This document shows positions 12,258 to 26,198 of a stretch of DNA of 64,000 nt, piece by piece. The position numbers and the translations under genes were made by a program. The stretch is from Owenia fusiformis (lineage: Eukaryota). Within the stretch, counting starts at the first letter, position 1. Each line of letters starts with the position of its first letter. The notes beneath the pieces were generated by a model. That model had not been told where the DNA came from and ran no database searches. It was given only the letters and a program-made list of their open reading frames with translations. Where the stretch lies: assembly GCA_903813345.2 (NCBI GenBank), contig CAIIXF020000001.1, positions 12,090,001 to 12,154,000 on the forward strand, given 5' to 3'.

Positions 12258-14440
12258 ATAGTGCAGTTTTATTTTAAAATAACAGTTAATATGGGTATAG
12301 CTAACTATGAGGCAGGAGAGTCAAATGCCCCCCAAACAAGAATTTTGCAGAAATATATTTTTTGAAGTTTTTTCAACCAAAATTATGTCCTGTATATAAG
12401 AAGATCATATTTGGCCTCACCTTTTTAGATTTGCCTCACCTATTTTTGGCTCAAGGCTATGTCCCTAGACCTATAAGTGAGTTGTATTGAATATACCATA
12501 ACCACGTTTATCACCAAGTGAGTGAGTAGTTTTGGTGAAAACAGAAATGTTATGTTAGATTAGGAATGAATCAGAAAAAGCATTATCAGACAATATTTAG
12601 ATTATCGCTTGATATCAGTTCATTTATTAGCACAATTAAGCCTGGCATCTTGAATCATGAATTTATTGAACAGAATCATTTTATTACAGTGGGCTAATTA
12701 TTAGAAACTTTATATTGTTCTTAGAATGAAGGAATGTGATGATGCAACACTTTTCAAGTTGGAACAATTAATGTTGAGTAAATACGGAAGCAATTGCTTC
12801 TCCCAGTAGTACAGTACAACATCCTAACACATTGTTTACCTAAAATAGTACATTGATTAAGAATTTCTAGCCTCTCAGTATAAAAGACTTAATGAATGAC
12901 GTTAGTAGCTCTGAAGTAACGCATATAGATTTCATATTTGATTCCATACTTCTAATTGGTTCTTAAGATAAAATTACATCCTGATTTAGACTTATGACGG
13001 ATATAAACTTATGACGGTCGACTTAATTATTATCCTCTTAGAATCAAGTTGACAGCTTGTTCATCGCAATAAATAAGCTGAGTTTTCACTTTAATGATTA
13101 ATCAATTTGTATATTTTTGCTATTTTTCAAAGGCTTTCCAATAAAAATGAAAAGTAAATCATTACTGTTTGTTGTGATTCAGTGTTTGTTTTTGTTATTT
13201 TTTGTTATATATCATGCAGTGTTAAGAACCGTATTCTCTTCAATGGATTCCAAAATAATTTTTCTTTTTTGTATGCACAGTCTATAATGTCACCACCAGA
13301 AGATTGTTTAAGTCTCCAATTTTTGTGGACTGTGTTCAGTGGTTGGTGTTCGGTGGTTAGTGTTTAGTGGTTGTTGTTCAGCAGTTGGTGTTCAGTGGTT
13401 GGCATCTGTAACAAATGACAAGTAGTGACATTTTGCATGTTAGTGCCTTGTTATTATGTTAAAAGTCAAACACTAATACAAATATTTAGTCAGCTTCAAA
13501 GACCAGTCAGTGAGAGAAAGCATTTAAATAATGGCCTTGTATCAAAGTGATAACCTCTATGAATAGATGATCATCTTAATGTTTTCATTAATATTGAGGC
13601 ATCCATATCTATTGAGGTATCATATGAATTAACTAAAAGGATTTGATTGGTCAATGTAAGCATGGGGAATAATGCCCTCACCCCTACCCCCATATAACAG
13701 CCTCACCTTGAAACAATGAAATGTTATAGATTCAAAAACCACTTCTTAATCGGCAATTTGAATCCAGTTATTGCAAAACAGACAATTGACCCGTGTACTT
13801 GTAACTTTTCAGTATGCTCTAAAAAAGTACCTCTCGGTAGTAGAGTAGTTATAATAGGCAAACAACCTCAGTTGAGATCCTTCATAATCAATGATGATAT
13901 TTGCCTTTATCCTGTAAATCTGGTCAGAAAAATCAGATTAATAGCTTTATTAGCTGATCGATTCAGAGATCTCTCTTAGCCTGAGCTCAAGATCGATTTG
14001 TTTGATAAATTCTTGAGTAATATTTCATGCCATTTTTCAAATTCTGAAAGTATTTGATCAAAATATTCTCCCTGACAGTTGATCCATAACTTTATTATGA
14101 CAGGCCTCTACATTAGAGAAGTTGAGAGCGTTTTCATATCAGCTAAATGATTTATCAAATATACTTTGCTCTTTATAGTAAAACTGGATATTTGTGAATT
14201 AACAACTGAGATTGTGAATTTTTCAAATCGTTTATATTTGTTTGCTACACTGAGTTAAAGTTTAGGAACAACTGAAACCTTGAGAATCAAGATGTGTGTC
14301 TTGCTGGTTTACAGTTTGGTACACCCGTGACCAGAATCATGCATTTTTATTTTCTCAGGCCCTAAAAGACTAGGATACTATTATAAAGACCATTATAGTT
14401 ATAAATATAATCAAAACACACATTTTGTCACTTTCATAGC

Positions 14441-14446
14441 TTTATT
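14441..14446 (-). other. Candidate polyadenylation signal (AATAAA) of gene B, implying a ~2.4-kb 3' UTR
   Basis: AATAAA on the minus strand followed by a GT/T-rich tract (ATGTGTGTTTTG). Confidence 0.4.
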
Positions 14447-14940
14447 ATTTCATTTTCTAATGCAGATAACAATGTATACAAACCAAAACAACATATCAAG
14501 AAGATTTACAGCATACCTTCAGTGAAAAGCATTCAATATTTTTATAAATTATAATATACAGTAATCATGATGATAATCGTGGCTTTCATTCATATTCATG
14601 AACTAATAATTTGCTAATAAGAATGATTAAATTTCAAAACTGCTCCAATATTCTCCCAAGATTTTTCCATCAAGGGTATAAAACCCTGAATTTATTAATT
14701 GTAGAAATATGCTGTCTGTAAACCCTGTCTAACCCAAACACTACTTGGCTTTGTCAAAGGTGTTCAGATTACCAGGTGTTCAAATTCCAAGGTTTTCTAA
14801 TCAATAGGAGAAAATAAAATTGGGACCATACAAAAGTATGACATTTAGGGATGTTCATATTTGAGAGTTGTCCTGCTTTTAAAGGATCTTCTTTTGGCTT
14901 GTTATTAGTGGTCATGATTGAAATTTCAACTTAATGCGTA

Positions 14941-15120
14941 TACAGTGAAACCTGTAAAGTGGAACACCTAGAAGTAGAACACCCATGTTAGTAGAACACT
15001 TTTCAGATTCCCACGACCAACTGACCTTACGTTAATTGAACCTCTATAAATGGAACACCTCCCAAGTAGAATACTTTTTAGAGGCGCCAGAGGTGTTCCA
15101 TTTAGACAGGTTTTACAGTA
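14941..15120. mobile_element. Tc1/pogo-type MITE inside the putative gene B 3' UTR
   Basis: TACAGTGAAACCTGT...ACAGGTTTTACAGTA termini; GAACAC repeats. Confidence 0.75.
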
Positions 15121-16875
15121 TAGTTATTTCAACTATTACAAGGTAATTGTGAAGTTGCTGAGACACTGAGAGACCACTGAGTTCTCTCAACCTATTGTCT
15201 TATCTTGATAAACATCTCTTACAAAGAAAACATAAATCAATAAATACTGACTCTGGGTATTGAAACAGACTTCTCACATGTCTACAACACAAAATCAATG
15301 GAATGTCTAACAGAATTACATAACAAAAATCATATTAAACACTAAGTGATGCTATTTTTCACATTTTACTCTTAATAAAAACACAAAAAGTCTGTATACT
15401 ATGAACAAACAATACTCAAACTTGAATAACACTTAAAAATAAAAAAAACAAATAAGATGTTTTGCATCTGAATTGAAGCGCAAGGTGCATACGTTCAAAG
15501 CTGTTTTACTATCATTGATTCATGTTGAGCAGTGGCGGAAACATCTAACTCTTTATCTCATCCCCTTTGTGATGTTTACGATCATTTCCGTAACAACATG
15601 TTTCATTTACTTTCATTCTTATTATTCTCATTCATCATAGTTGCGGGGTACCTTTATTGCACAATATATCGGGAAATGTGTCATTTTCTATGCCGTAAAA
15701 TGTATACTTTTAGGATTTACCAATGTATTATGCTTTTGTAAACATTTTGTATATTAAGTAATATGTGCAAACCAAAATGATTGATTCATGGATTTAACCT
15801 AAAAACCTATTTACCTGTTTTAATTGCCACCCTATATTTTCAACTTGAGATAATCTGACTCTTAACTTAGTTTTTCTCCCAATGTCCATTATAATTGAAT
15901 TCCGCCTCCCTATTGGATACATTCTATTAAGGTAAAGTAATGTTTTAGACTGCTTAAATTCAACAGGGAAATGAAAATGATGATTTTGATGAGGCGCAAA
16001 TTAGCTGAAAAGTATGAACGTTGCATATTTGACTCTAGGAATAGGAACCCCAATGTATCGTAATATGTTTCCATTAAGATTTTCTGTTTTGTTAATTTAA
16101 GAGAGTTTATGGCAGGGGTAGCCTTCCCAACAAAGATTTGTCTTGAGGAAATATCTTATTCTCAAGCTTCAATACAATAAATAACCTAAATATAAATGTT
16201 TTTGCATTCTGTTCTACCTATTTATATTATGCTCTCTTCAACTATGATGTCTTCATTCTTCAAGTAAGAGGACATTTAAGTCTTGTATTAAGTCCCTATG
16301 TTAACCCCACCCCCTTTTTAAACTTTTGAAGTTTGTATTATTGAGGATAAAGGGGATTGTTGGTTGGTAACCAATGACTTGATTCAGGACTACCCAAGTA
16401 AATCTCCACCTTTGTCATTTTACAACAGTTAACGAAAGAACAAATGCACACTACATTTAAAACTTAAATCTGAAATTACAGTATAAAGTACAATAAACAA
16501 CTAAAATAAATAAAAAAGAATATTTTTGATACATGCTATGTACATGTATGTGCAAACATAACCACAAAGGATTTTCTCATTGCTTAAATTGTTGCATAAT
16601 AACAGTTAAACATTGCCTATTATCGTCAGTCAGCCAAACAATCATTCATAAGTAATTTTTGGCATTTCTTGCAGCAGTATATCATGCTTTCTACTAGAAT
16701 CTATTATGCATATAAACATTTTTTGAGGATGTGTTAGAACATTGCTCTTGCAAAGAATGATATTCAAAAGCTATTTGCATCTGAAGAAAAGATTATGTTG
16801 TGCTCAATATATTTATTTTGCAATGATTCATTAAAATTGTGCCCAAAGTTTTCATACTAGATATAGTTGTGTCCT

Positions 16876-18959
16876 TTATTCAATATTATTAAAGAGTAAC
16901 TTCTGTTTTGATTCAGTTCTTTGTTTGGGTTTATGCGATTTTTTATTAGGATACTGCAAAGGTATAAAGCCTTCAGGGGATTCATCATGCGATGAGGGAT
17001 CCAAAAGTGCACGATTTTCATTAACACTGTCACTGCCCCCACTGCATGTTTCATTATCACACTGAGAAGTGTCTGGGGATGTATTATCACATTGGGAAAT
17101 GTCAGGGGAGGTGTTGTCACATTGTGATATGTCAGGTGACGTTATGGCATCAGAGTCTACAGATATACTTGGTAGAGAGGCGGAGTATAATCCATTGGTT
17201 CTAATTCCATCAACTGGAAAGAGTTTAATCACAGTTTTAGGGTTTAAGTTTCTTAATGCCTCATCAACAGCGAAAGAACTAGAGCTTTTAGGTCGAGGTC
17301 TTGCAATATTTTCTATGCATGCTGAATCAAATGAATGCCGTCTGTTCGAGGTATGAATTTCCGGTACGATGAGTGCATTTTGAGGGGGAGATGATAAATT
17401 GAGCCCTTGTCTACTTGGGAGGCTACCTTGACATGTAGAACACCTGATGCTTGGTGAGGTCTGTCCCATTTGTAGAGTTGAGTCAGACACATTGTCTACA
17501 TCAAGGGTAATTAAGGTAGTAATGTTGTTATCAATCACATTAGGGAGTGATCCATAGCCACTGTTTGTGCCTTGAGCCCTGAGTTTGGACAACTTTGTGG
17601 CTGAATCAGGATTCAATGAACATGAGCATTTAGGAATCATTACTGGGCCTTCTGAGTTGTTATCTAAGCTAAAGGTTTCTGTTGAATTGTTATTCACATG
17701 ATCTATAACTATATGAGGTCCAGTGTCAGGTTCAGCATCTTCAGTATCAGTATGGTCACTGCTGACAGTGATTAGGCCATCAGTGCTTTGGTGACCTATA
17801 GAGTCCATATCTTCATTGGAATGTCTCTTACTTGGTTCATTGAACCAAGGCGTTAAATATTCTAAGTCACCAACATTATCTGTTAATTGATCTGCATTGT
17901 TTATCTTTGCATATTCTTGCATAGAATCATCAACAGTGGTGTTATTGTCGCTTTTGTCTACAGCTTTCCTATTTGGTTTTAAATAGCCTGGGTGTATTGG
18001 TAAACCTGGATTGGGTGATATGTATTGACGTGTATTGTCTAGTAATATATTGCCACTGGGAAGGGAAGATATATTAGTGGCGCTAATGCAAGGTACCCCA
18101 GGCTCCTGATAATTGGTATTTTTAGAGCACTTTTTGGAATTGGTATTTGAGTTTTCTCTAGGTAGAATGAATGAGGTCTCATCAATCTGCTGATAAGAAG
18201 TGTCATTGTTGTTGCATATATCAACTATTGAGTTGTAGCATAAGTTGGGATCGCCACATGCTAATGTGTTGTCATTGCCATAATCTCCTTCTGAATAGAT
18301 GAAAGAGATATCATCACTGATGGTGCAGCATTCCTCCATTGCCCTTGGGGCCACCATGTTTCTATGTAGTGGGGTATATGGGGGAATCTCGATGGTGATC
18401 TCCGTAAAAGGATCAACTGGGTCATTTGTGTATTGATTCCTTGAGTTCCTCCTGGGGCGATGAGCATGGTGATATCTGATAGATCCGCGGCTTTTCCGGC
18501 TGTCTGATCTTTTCAATGAGTTATTTCGACTACTCTTTATAGACTTAATACTTCCGCTTCGATGGTGTGAACTAGCTCTGAATAAAGCTGCTGTCTTTGG
18601 ATCTAAATGTTTCTGGGCGCAGAGCATATCCTTTGCTCGTCTATCTAAATATTTGTCTGATAGAAGTGTAGCAGTTAGGCTGTCACCGAGAGTATTATGC
18701 TTATTAAAGCCCCCACCCCCATACTCTCCTTTTTCTATGTCTTGATTTGTAGTCTTGGATTTCTTGCCTTGTTCGTAGCACATAGCACAGTAGAACATGG
18801 AGAGAAGGAACAATGCAAGGAGGGCATATCCCACAATTAGTCCTGTCAGTTCAGTGGGACATTCTGATACATACTCCCTGGTACTGTTTGTATAGTACCC
18901 AGATGTGCTTAGAGGATTTGGGGTAGTTCCTCCTCTTATAGGGCCTGTCTGTTTTAAAT
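16876..18959 (-). CDS. Gene B terminal exon: type III single-pass membrane protein with a ~640-aa disordered, Tyr/Ser-rich tail (702 aa spliced)
   Basis: Uninterrupted 2.08-kb frame; acceptor tttatttccag at 18960; TM LTGLIVGYALLALFLLSMFY followed by CAMC; ectodomain sequon NST; synonymous divergence within an internal 10-aa repeat. Confidence 0.9.
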
Positions 18960-20613
18960 CTGGAAATAAACAAAAACATAAAAAATTATTTATTTGAAAA
19001 GCAGAACAAAGCCCTCTAAATCATGTGCATTTTAAACCAAGATGAAATATGAACTATTCTTAATATGACCTATATTAGTGGCATTAATCTGAAAAGTCTG
19101 ACATTTTATGGATGTTAACAATCTCTTGGAAGCCCATGATGTTAACATGGGGTCTTTTTGATGGTATGTATTTTGACATCAGGGAAAGGTCAATGGAAAT
19201 AGAAAAGTCAAAAAGCATTATACAAGTATATACTGTATTTCATTCAATATAACAATTTTACTTGTAGTTTACTGATAAAATCATATGCATACACAGATCT
19301 TAATACAATAAACATACATTCAGATATGTTTATAGAGCATTGATTTATTAAAAAGTACTGATTTTTTATTTATATTTATTTTGAATTCTAGTTTACAAAT
19401 AAGTCATACAATTACATGTGATCGTTTTTCTTTATATTTTCAGGTAAGTTCCTGGTGATCCAGTCTTCCTTACATTACAATCCAACATATGCTCAGGTAC
19501 TATTTATTTCATTCTATTTAACAACAAAAAGATCTCAAATCTCAGAACCACACATGTTGATAATGTATAAATGTACTTATATTGGACATAAATTACTGGT
19601 CCTAACCTAGATTAGTCAATATCAATTTATACTTTTATTGATTAAGCAGTCATAGCACTTTTTCCTAATCGAATATAAGGAAGAATTTTATTATTTAGAC
19701 ATATGTTATGAAGGTTCTAATTTCACAAAGGATAATTCTGTACTCCAAAACTAAGTAAGGATTATTCCAGGTTTGACTCAACAATCAGTGTTAGATAACT
19801 ATGACATGCAATTTGAACATGCATTGAATAATTACATTTATCAGTCTGTTTTGTATTGTAATCCATTTTGTCTACCACTAATGAAGGTGAGCAACACCTC
19901 TTGGGTCTTAATATTATGTAATTAATCCTCGAAGACAGACCCAGGAACGCCTTCTTGGAGGAGCCCCGTGTTGATATTTTGTAAAATTACAATTGCAGAT
20001 TTTGATGTTGTCATCAAAGACTTGTATCAAGTTAGTTACCCTTCCTTAACTGAGTAAATAGTAGAGGATGAGATTTGATTCAAGAAAATAGTTATTCTGC
20101 AATATTTGTAACAGTTAAGAATAAATGTAAATTGTGTGGCAGTAATGTAGATTTGGTTAATACAATGGATATGAACTCTGCATTGTGTGATTTAACTAAA
20201 TCAAGACATGTGCAGAGAAATGTTGTGTACAGGTGAAACATTTCTTTTATTAAACAAAATTAGGTGACAGAGTTTTCAATGTTTTATAATTGATAATAAT
20301 GAAGAAAAAAAGGTTAGTTGAGGGTGTCAACAAATCAGAAGAAAAAACTTGATTGAGAAAAATGAATCAATAATTGGCATCAGACCATAGCTATAATCAA
20401 ACAAAAATAAATCAGATGAATTCATCATCAAATCATGTATGGTTATTTTATTCAAGATGTGTAGATCAGTTGTCAAATCAAAACAATTAAGATTAAGAAA
20501 ATTTACGACATAAAACGTTGGTAGTCATTAATTCCATCAATCCACATCAATAAATTGACTAAAAATAAAATAAATTGAACTTTTGTTTTCAATGACATAT
20601 TGAATGAACTTAC

Positions 20614-20638
20614 CATTTTCTTTGATATTGTAAGTCAT
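20614..20638 (-). CDS. Gene B first coding exon segment (MTYNIKEN+G)
   Basis: ATG at 20638, consensus donor ATG|gtaagt at 20613; 25 nt (phase 1) gives an in-frame GAT with exon 18959. Confidence 0.75.
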
Positions 20639-23600
20639 CGCAATCTCTTTTACTTATCCTGATCACTTAAATTGATCCAAATCACTTTAATATAAGGTGT
20701 AATCTGCTTAATGAAGCCAGCTAGCCACTTATGGCAATCTCCTTAATGTTACACTTCAGTATGTTAGCTGTTAGATGTAAGAAAGCTATCAGAAACGCTA
20801 ATCTCATTGTACTACAGATACAAATGACATTGTCACTACTTCAAGGAACTCCAATTGAGAAAAACTTTCAGTTTGTTTTTTACATTTCCCCCCGCACTGT
20901 GCACTGCGTTACCTTATCATCACTGCCATTGCGTTCCAGGTATTACGATCCTCTTAATTAAGCGTGAAACTACAGGTTGAATTTTTACTGTACTCACTTA
21001 GGTAAAATAATAATCGAAAGAAATTGATCCTTTCAACATGGCTAAGTGCCTATAAAGAATAAATCAGACTGTATTTGTTTAGGATTTATGTGTCTATGTA
21101 CTTATGCATGTACCACAGGTGGGATTACCATCCTCTGTTGTTGCGTGGAGATTTCTGAGTCAGATGATCTTTAGCCTTAGATGCATCAACTGGACTCTGA
21201 CATGCTTTACATATGGCTTCCCAGATCATTTAATGCTAAATACAAGTTAACCACAACAAAATTTCAAGATTTATCATCATTTAGCCGGAAGACTTGACAA
21301 GCAACATGACCTGGCCAAGTTGAGCTCTGTCAGAAGTTGAGACCTCCTGTTTGTTTTTGTACAGGATATCGCTAAGTGTTGGTCATTTTCGGTCATTTTT
21401 GGCCAAAGATTGAGCATCCACACTCATTAGTTACCATAATCTATCTTTTCTAAACAATTAACAAGCATTCCATGTCAAAAATACATAGCCTTCTGTCAAG
21501 ATGTTTTCTGGTTATTTTGGTCCATGCCACACTATAATCACTGAGGAATGTATCTCCAACGTGAAGTTATCTACCATAAGTTACCCCTAAATCACAGTTA
21601 GGGCCCCTTCTATTGGCATTTTATTGGTTTTAGGGTGAAAAGCAGGCCTTTATTTTACCTCTTCCAATATCATTTCTAAATATTCATTTGTATTATTGGC
21701 AGACACTGGTGCCATTAAAGAAAACACATCTGCAATTTGGACCTTAAGTACCATTGGTTCATGCTATTAAAACTTTTTTAAAGGATCAATAAATGCCATT
21801 TCTGTCAAAAAGTTTCCTTAATGATGTAATAATTACAATTCAAAAACAGATGACATATCTGAAATTGACAATAATGTTAGCTAGAACCATGTCGAGGTGC
21901 CTCGGTTCTCATAGTACAGTGAAATGTGTATAAAGTGAACACCTATAGAGTTGCAAAAAGTGTTCACTGTATTATAGGTAGATGTTCATTGCAGAGAAGG
22001 GATTTTATACAGGAGTTAAATGTGTCTTGAAGTGGTGTTCACTAAACACAGGTGTTCACTAGAAAGAGGTGTTCACAAAGACAGGTGTTGCTTCACATTT
22101 TAGTGATCTCCCCAGGATTTCTTCTCAGGTGGGTGCAAAATTCTCATATTCACAATCCAGATCAAAATTTGTCAATTTTTCATGATTCTTCTCATTTTCA
22201 AGTGGGTAGAAATGGATTTTCAGGTGGGTACAAACCTATTTTCAAAATATCAGGTGCTTGATGTGCCCACTTGCTTTAATGCTGGGGAGATCACTGCATC
22301 TATTTGCCAGAGTGGGTTTGTGGTCCCTTTCCACCACCTGGCCCTGCTCTCCTATCTTCAATACTTCAACAGGCCTGTTTTCACACATTTGGGAGAAACT
22401 AGTGCAATGGGTTCAAATTACCAGAAAAGATGTTCCAAGACTGACAGCTTTATTTTTGAGGTTTTGAATGAAAACTATTTACTAAAGGAAATTACTTTTG
22501 TAACCTAAGTTTAATCACCCATAAGCCATAATAGCAAAGCCTTGTAGTGCTATTCAGTGTAAACTACCCTTGAGTAAAGAATATGTTTACATTTACGTCA
22601 GGTGTCTTGCGTATTTCGCACCATTTTATAATTTCCTTGCAGTTTTATAGTTTAGACTTAAAGCTAAAATTTACCACTCATTCATACTTTTCTTTTTGGA
22701 AGGGAATGATAAAAAAGATGAGCAAAGAGGACATGTGAGAAGTCTAACTTTAAATCTGTCTGTTATTTTGTCTTTTAGGTGTTTCATTCTTCATTACTAT
22801 GTATCCTTTAATTATAAATTAAGGGCCCACTTGAAAAAACTCTAAGCTCTTAAGAAGAATATTATTTTCCTTCACCGTGAATGAGCAAAACAAATCAATG
22901 TAATCTGCTAACAGATTATTTTATCATCTTATCTCATCTCATTTGACATAAGGGATTTTATCTCGAGATATTCGACAATGTTTTCACAATCATCGCATTT
23001 ATAAAATACTTCGGTAGTTATTCATTCAACCAAAGCTTTTATTTGTAGATTCGTTACTGTATTTGAGGCCATGGTGCCATAGACAGAACCAAGTATTGAA
23101 TGAGATGCAATGACTTGAAGATAAACCCAATTAGACCATTATTACTCCTGCAAAATTGTTCGCATCTATGGAAGACTGACACAATGGTGCTACTAATTAA
23201 AAATGCATGATCAACGGGTGGAGACAGCGTTAATACGCTTATAGTTAAAGCTCTACTGTTTATAGAAAAAAAACTGAATATTGGACACCGAGAGAGAAAT
23301 ATTATGAAGTAAACATATTCTGAGAATGATAGCTGAAGCCCATATGGTTATCATATCACTTCCTCCCCCACTTCCCTCTGAATCTGACAGATTTTAACTG
23401 TTTACATCAACAAAAAGTAAAGGGTTGAATAGCTCAGCCTGGAAATAATTGAAAGGCGACTAATGCAGTTCAGGCATCAGGTGTTCAGAGAAAATATAAG
23501 TCACTAGAGAATCAAGTGCTGTAACCATATTTTTTGGGTTTCTGGTAGAAGCTTTGAAAATACCATTTATAATTGAATAAAAGACAATTGCCAATATTTC

Positions 23601-23970
23601 TAGAGTTTAAGATATTATCATAAATGATTGGGGATGATTGATCTTCTTCTTGATGCTTATTGGCAGTTTATCTTTTTCTGGTGTTTGAGGTTCCAGGTTC
23701 AACTCCCAGTTCAGATGAATTATTTTGTTGAGATGAAATATGTTTCTTTTATTGATCAAATACATGTCTGCATTGAAATTTGTCCTTCGTTGATGATGTA
23801 ATTTAAAGCTTTTATTTTAGAGTATTTTTCTCCTCATTAATGTAGAGAATACATCATTACATAACTAAGATGTAATTATAAAGAGAATTATGAATTAGTT
23901 ACATATAGTGTATATTGAATAATAATTACTTTTGGCCAACATAAAAGTACAGTCTATCTAAGAGTAAAGA

Positions 23971-25158
23971 CAGGGTCTGACCTTAACTTTTTTTACCAGT
24001 AGCAAGGATTTGCTACCTTCTTCCAAAACAAGGAGCAAATTCCCATATTCAGGTAGCAACAAAAATGCTCCAAGAAAATATTATCAGGTAGCAAATTGCT
24101 ACTCAAATTGCACTGAATGAAACGACCATTTTTTACGTTCAAGAGTCATCTGAGAACAATTTGAGGTTTTTCAGACCAAAATCCGCATGTTTTCATTGAA
24201 AATAGGAGAATGAATCATCTAATCCTAATGAAGGTAGTATAATCAATTTGGGGGGGGGGGGGGTGGAAACAAATTATAGCGTATATGCCCCCCCCCCAGA
24301 AAATTTTGAAATTTAGACCCTCTCTGGTGCATTCTGAGTATATCTCAGCACAAAATTTCCCATAATGATATTTATATAAAAAATTAATAAGAAAAATAAA
24401 AATTAAAAAAAATTGCGTTTTTAGAAAACTTTATTTTTATTTTTTCAGATAAATTATGCAGATTTTTAAACTTTTTTCTGAAAACATTTAACCATTTTTC
24501 CTCACTCTGATATAAATTAATAAACTCAATATTCCTTTCTGACATATTATCAATCTCAATGAAATATAAAGATCAACATTCAATAGTTTGATGTGTCTTT
24601 TTGACTTGTAATATTTTATTTGTTTTCAAATGTTGCCTTTTGTGCTTCCTCACTATGATGTAAGATAATGCCAAGAAAATCAATTGTATTAATTAAACAG
24701 TTTGTTTTCAAGTTTATGTGTAATTGTTAATACATGTAATAGTATCCATTGAAGGTTGGCAGGACAGTGATAAAGGTTTTTTGCTACTGACCCGAAATAT
24801 AGTGATAAAGGTTTTTTGCTACTGACCCATTAATCTCAAAGCAATAATGTTTTGGTTGAGAGGTCAATCAAAATGGTGACCGGATTACGGTAAGATAATT
24901 ATCTCAGTGTTTCTCTAAAACACTACTGATTATCTGCCTATTATACTTAGATTTTGTCTTCACAAGGTAGGCCAATTTATATTCTTTCATTTGACATGTT
25001 TAACTAAATTGAAAGCCGGAGATTTTCCTCTGAAATACATGAGATTCATTGCTTATATTTGAGGTAGCAAGCATTTGCTCCCGTCTACGAAGTTTTTGGA
25101 GCAAAATGTGAAATTAGGTAGTAAATTTGCTCCTTGCTACCGCTAAGATCGAACCCTG
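23971..25158. mobile_element. 1188-bp non-autonomous hAT-like DNA transposon with a 5-bp TSD
   Basis: Imperfect TIR CAGGGTCTGACCTTAAC / CAGGGTTCGATCTTAGC; TSD AAAGA (23966-70, 25159-63); empty site GTAAAGATG in copy B; subterminal GTAGCAA/TTGCTAC repeats. Confidence 0.85.
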
Positions 25159-26198
25159 AAAGATGATTTTGTTAAATTATCAAAAACAGTTATTTTATAT
25201 CACAACAGATCAGAAATTAATGTTTGTAGCACAAATTACATATAATGAAGAGGGTCTTAACTTTTAGCTTAACTTTATTTTAGCCCAAGGTGGGCTGGGT
25301 AAAATTATAAATAATTGTTTTATATTTTATTGAATTGTAAGACTGACCACTATAAATAAATAGATAAATAAACTAAACTACAATGGCAGAGTAAATTATT
25401 AATACGCAGCTACACATTGTTCAAAATTAGGAACTAACCCTTTGAATTACACTAGGTGGACTTTTGTCATGTTTTTGCCCTTCTAGCTACAATTTTCACT
25501 TTTTGTTCAGATTATTGTCTGAACTTATTTTTGAATCCTCGTAAATTATACCTCTCATATCTAGATTTATTTATTCAACCTATAAATGCCAATGAGCTGA
25601 CAACTTTAATATAACATCAGGTATATTTATTAGTTATTAGTCCATTATACGCTAGTGTAACATTATAAGACTTGTACTTTAATAGAAAGTACAAAGGGAA
25701 AAATTTAAATTCTACCAAATCATAAATATGGTCATCATATTTATAGAAAAATAATACATTCTTGTAAAAATCTTTATTTTTTCTGAAATAAAGTATGCAT
25801 TTGGGGATTTTAAGAAAATAGACATGACAAGGAAATATGAGCCAAAAGGATTTTAAAATTGAAACAATTTTTGTTTAGCTTGCTCACCTAAGACTTCACA
25901 CCTTATAAACCATATGCTTGGCATCCCACTTCATTTGCTAATTACTTCTATCGCTATAATTCTGTACTAGATATGATACTCGTATAATACATGTACCATC
26001 ACAGTACTATCATATATATATAATATAAATAATATGTATATAAATAAAGTATGATGAAAAAAACAATTTTCTAAATTTCGAGAATATCAAACACATTCTA
26101 CAATAAAAAATGAGCTCAAATCAGTTCAAGAAGCATACATTTGCATGTTTGGTTTCTATAAAACATATCTTGTTGATAGGTAATGCTTTAGTAAATAA

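Noticed and set aside
13700-14330. Protein-like minus-strand frame with stops (possible decayed TE ORF)
   Set aside because: No RT, endonuclease or transposase motif could be recognised, so it was not called
16857-18467. Overlapping short ORFs (16857-17120, 17069-17356, 18039-18224, 18261-18467)
   Set aside because: Alternative-frame or antisense shadows of the gene B exon
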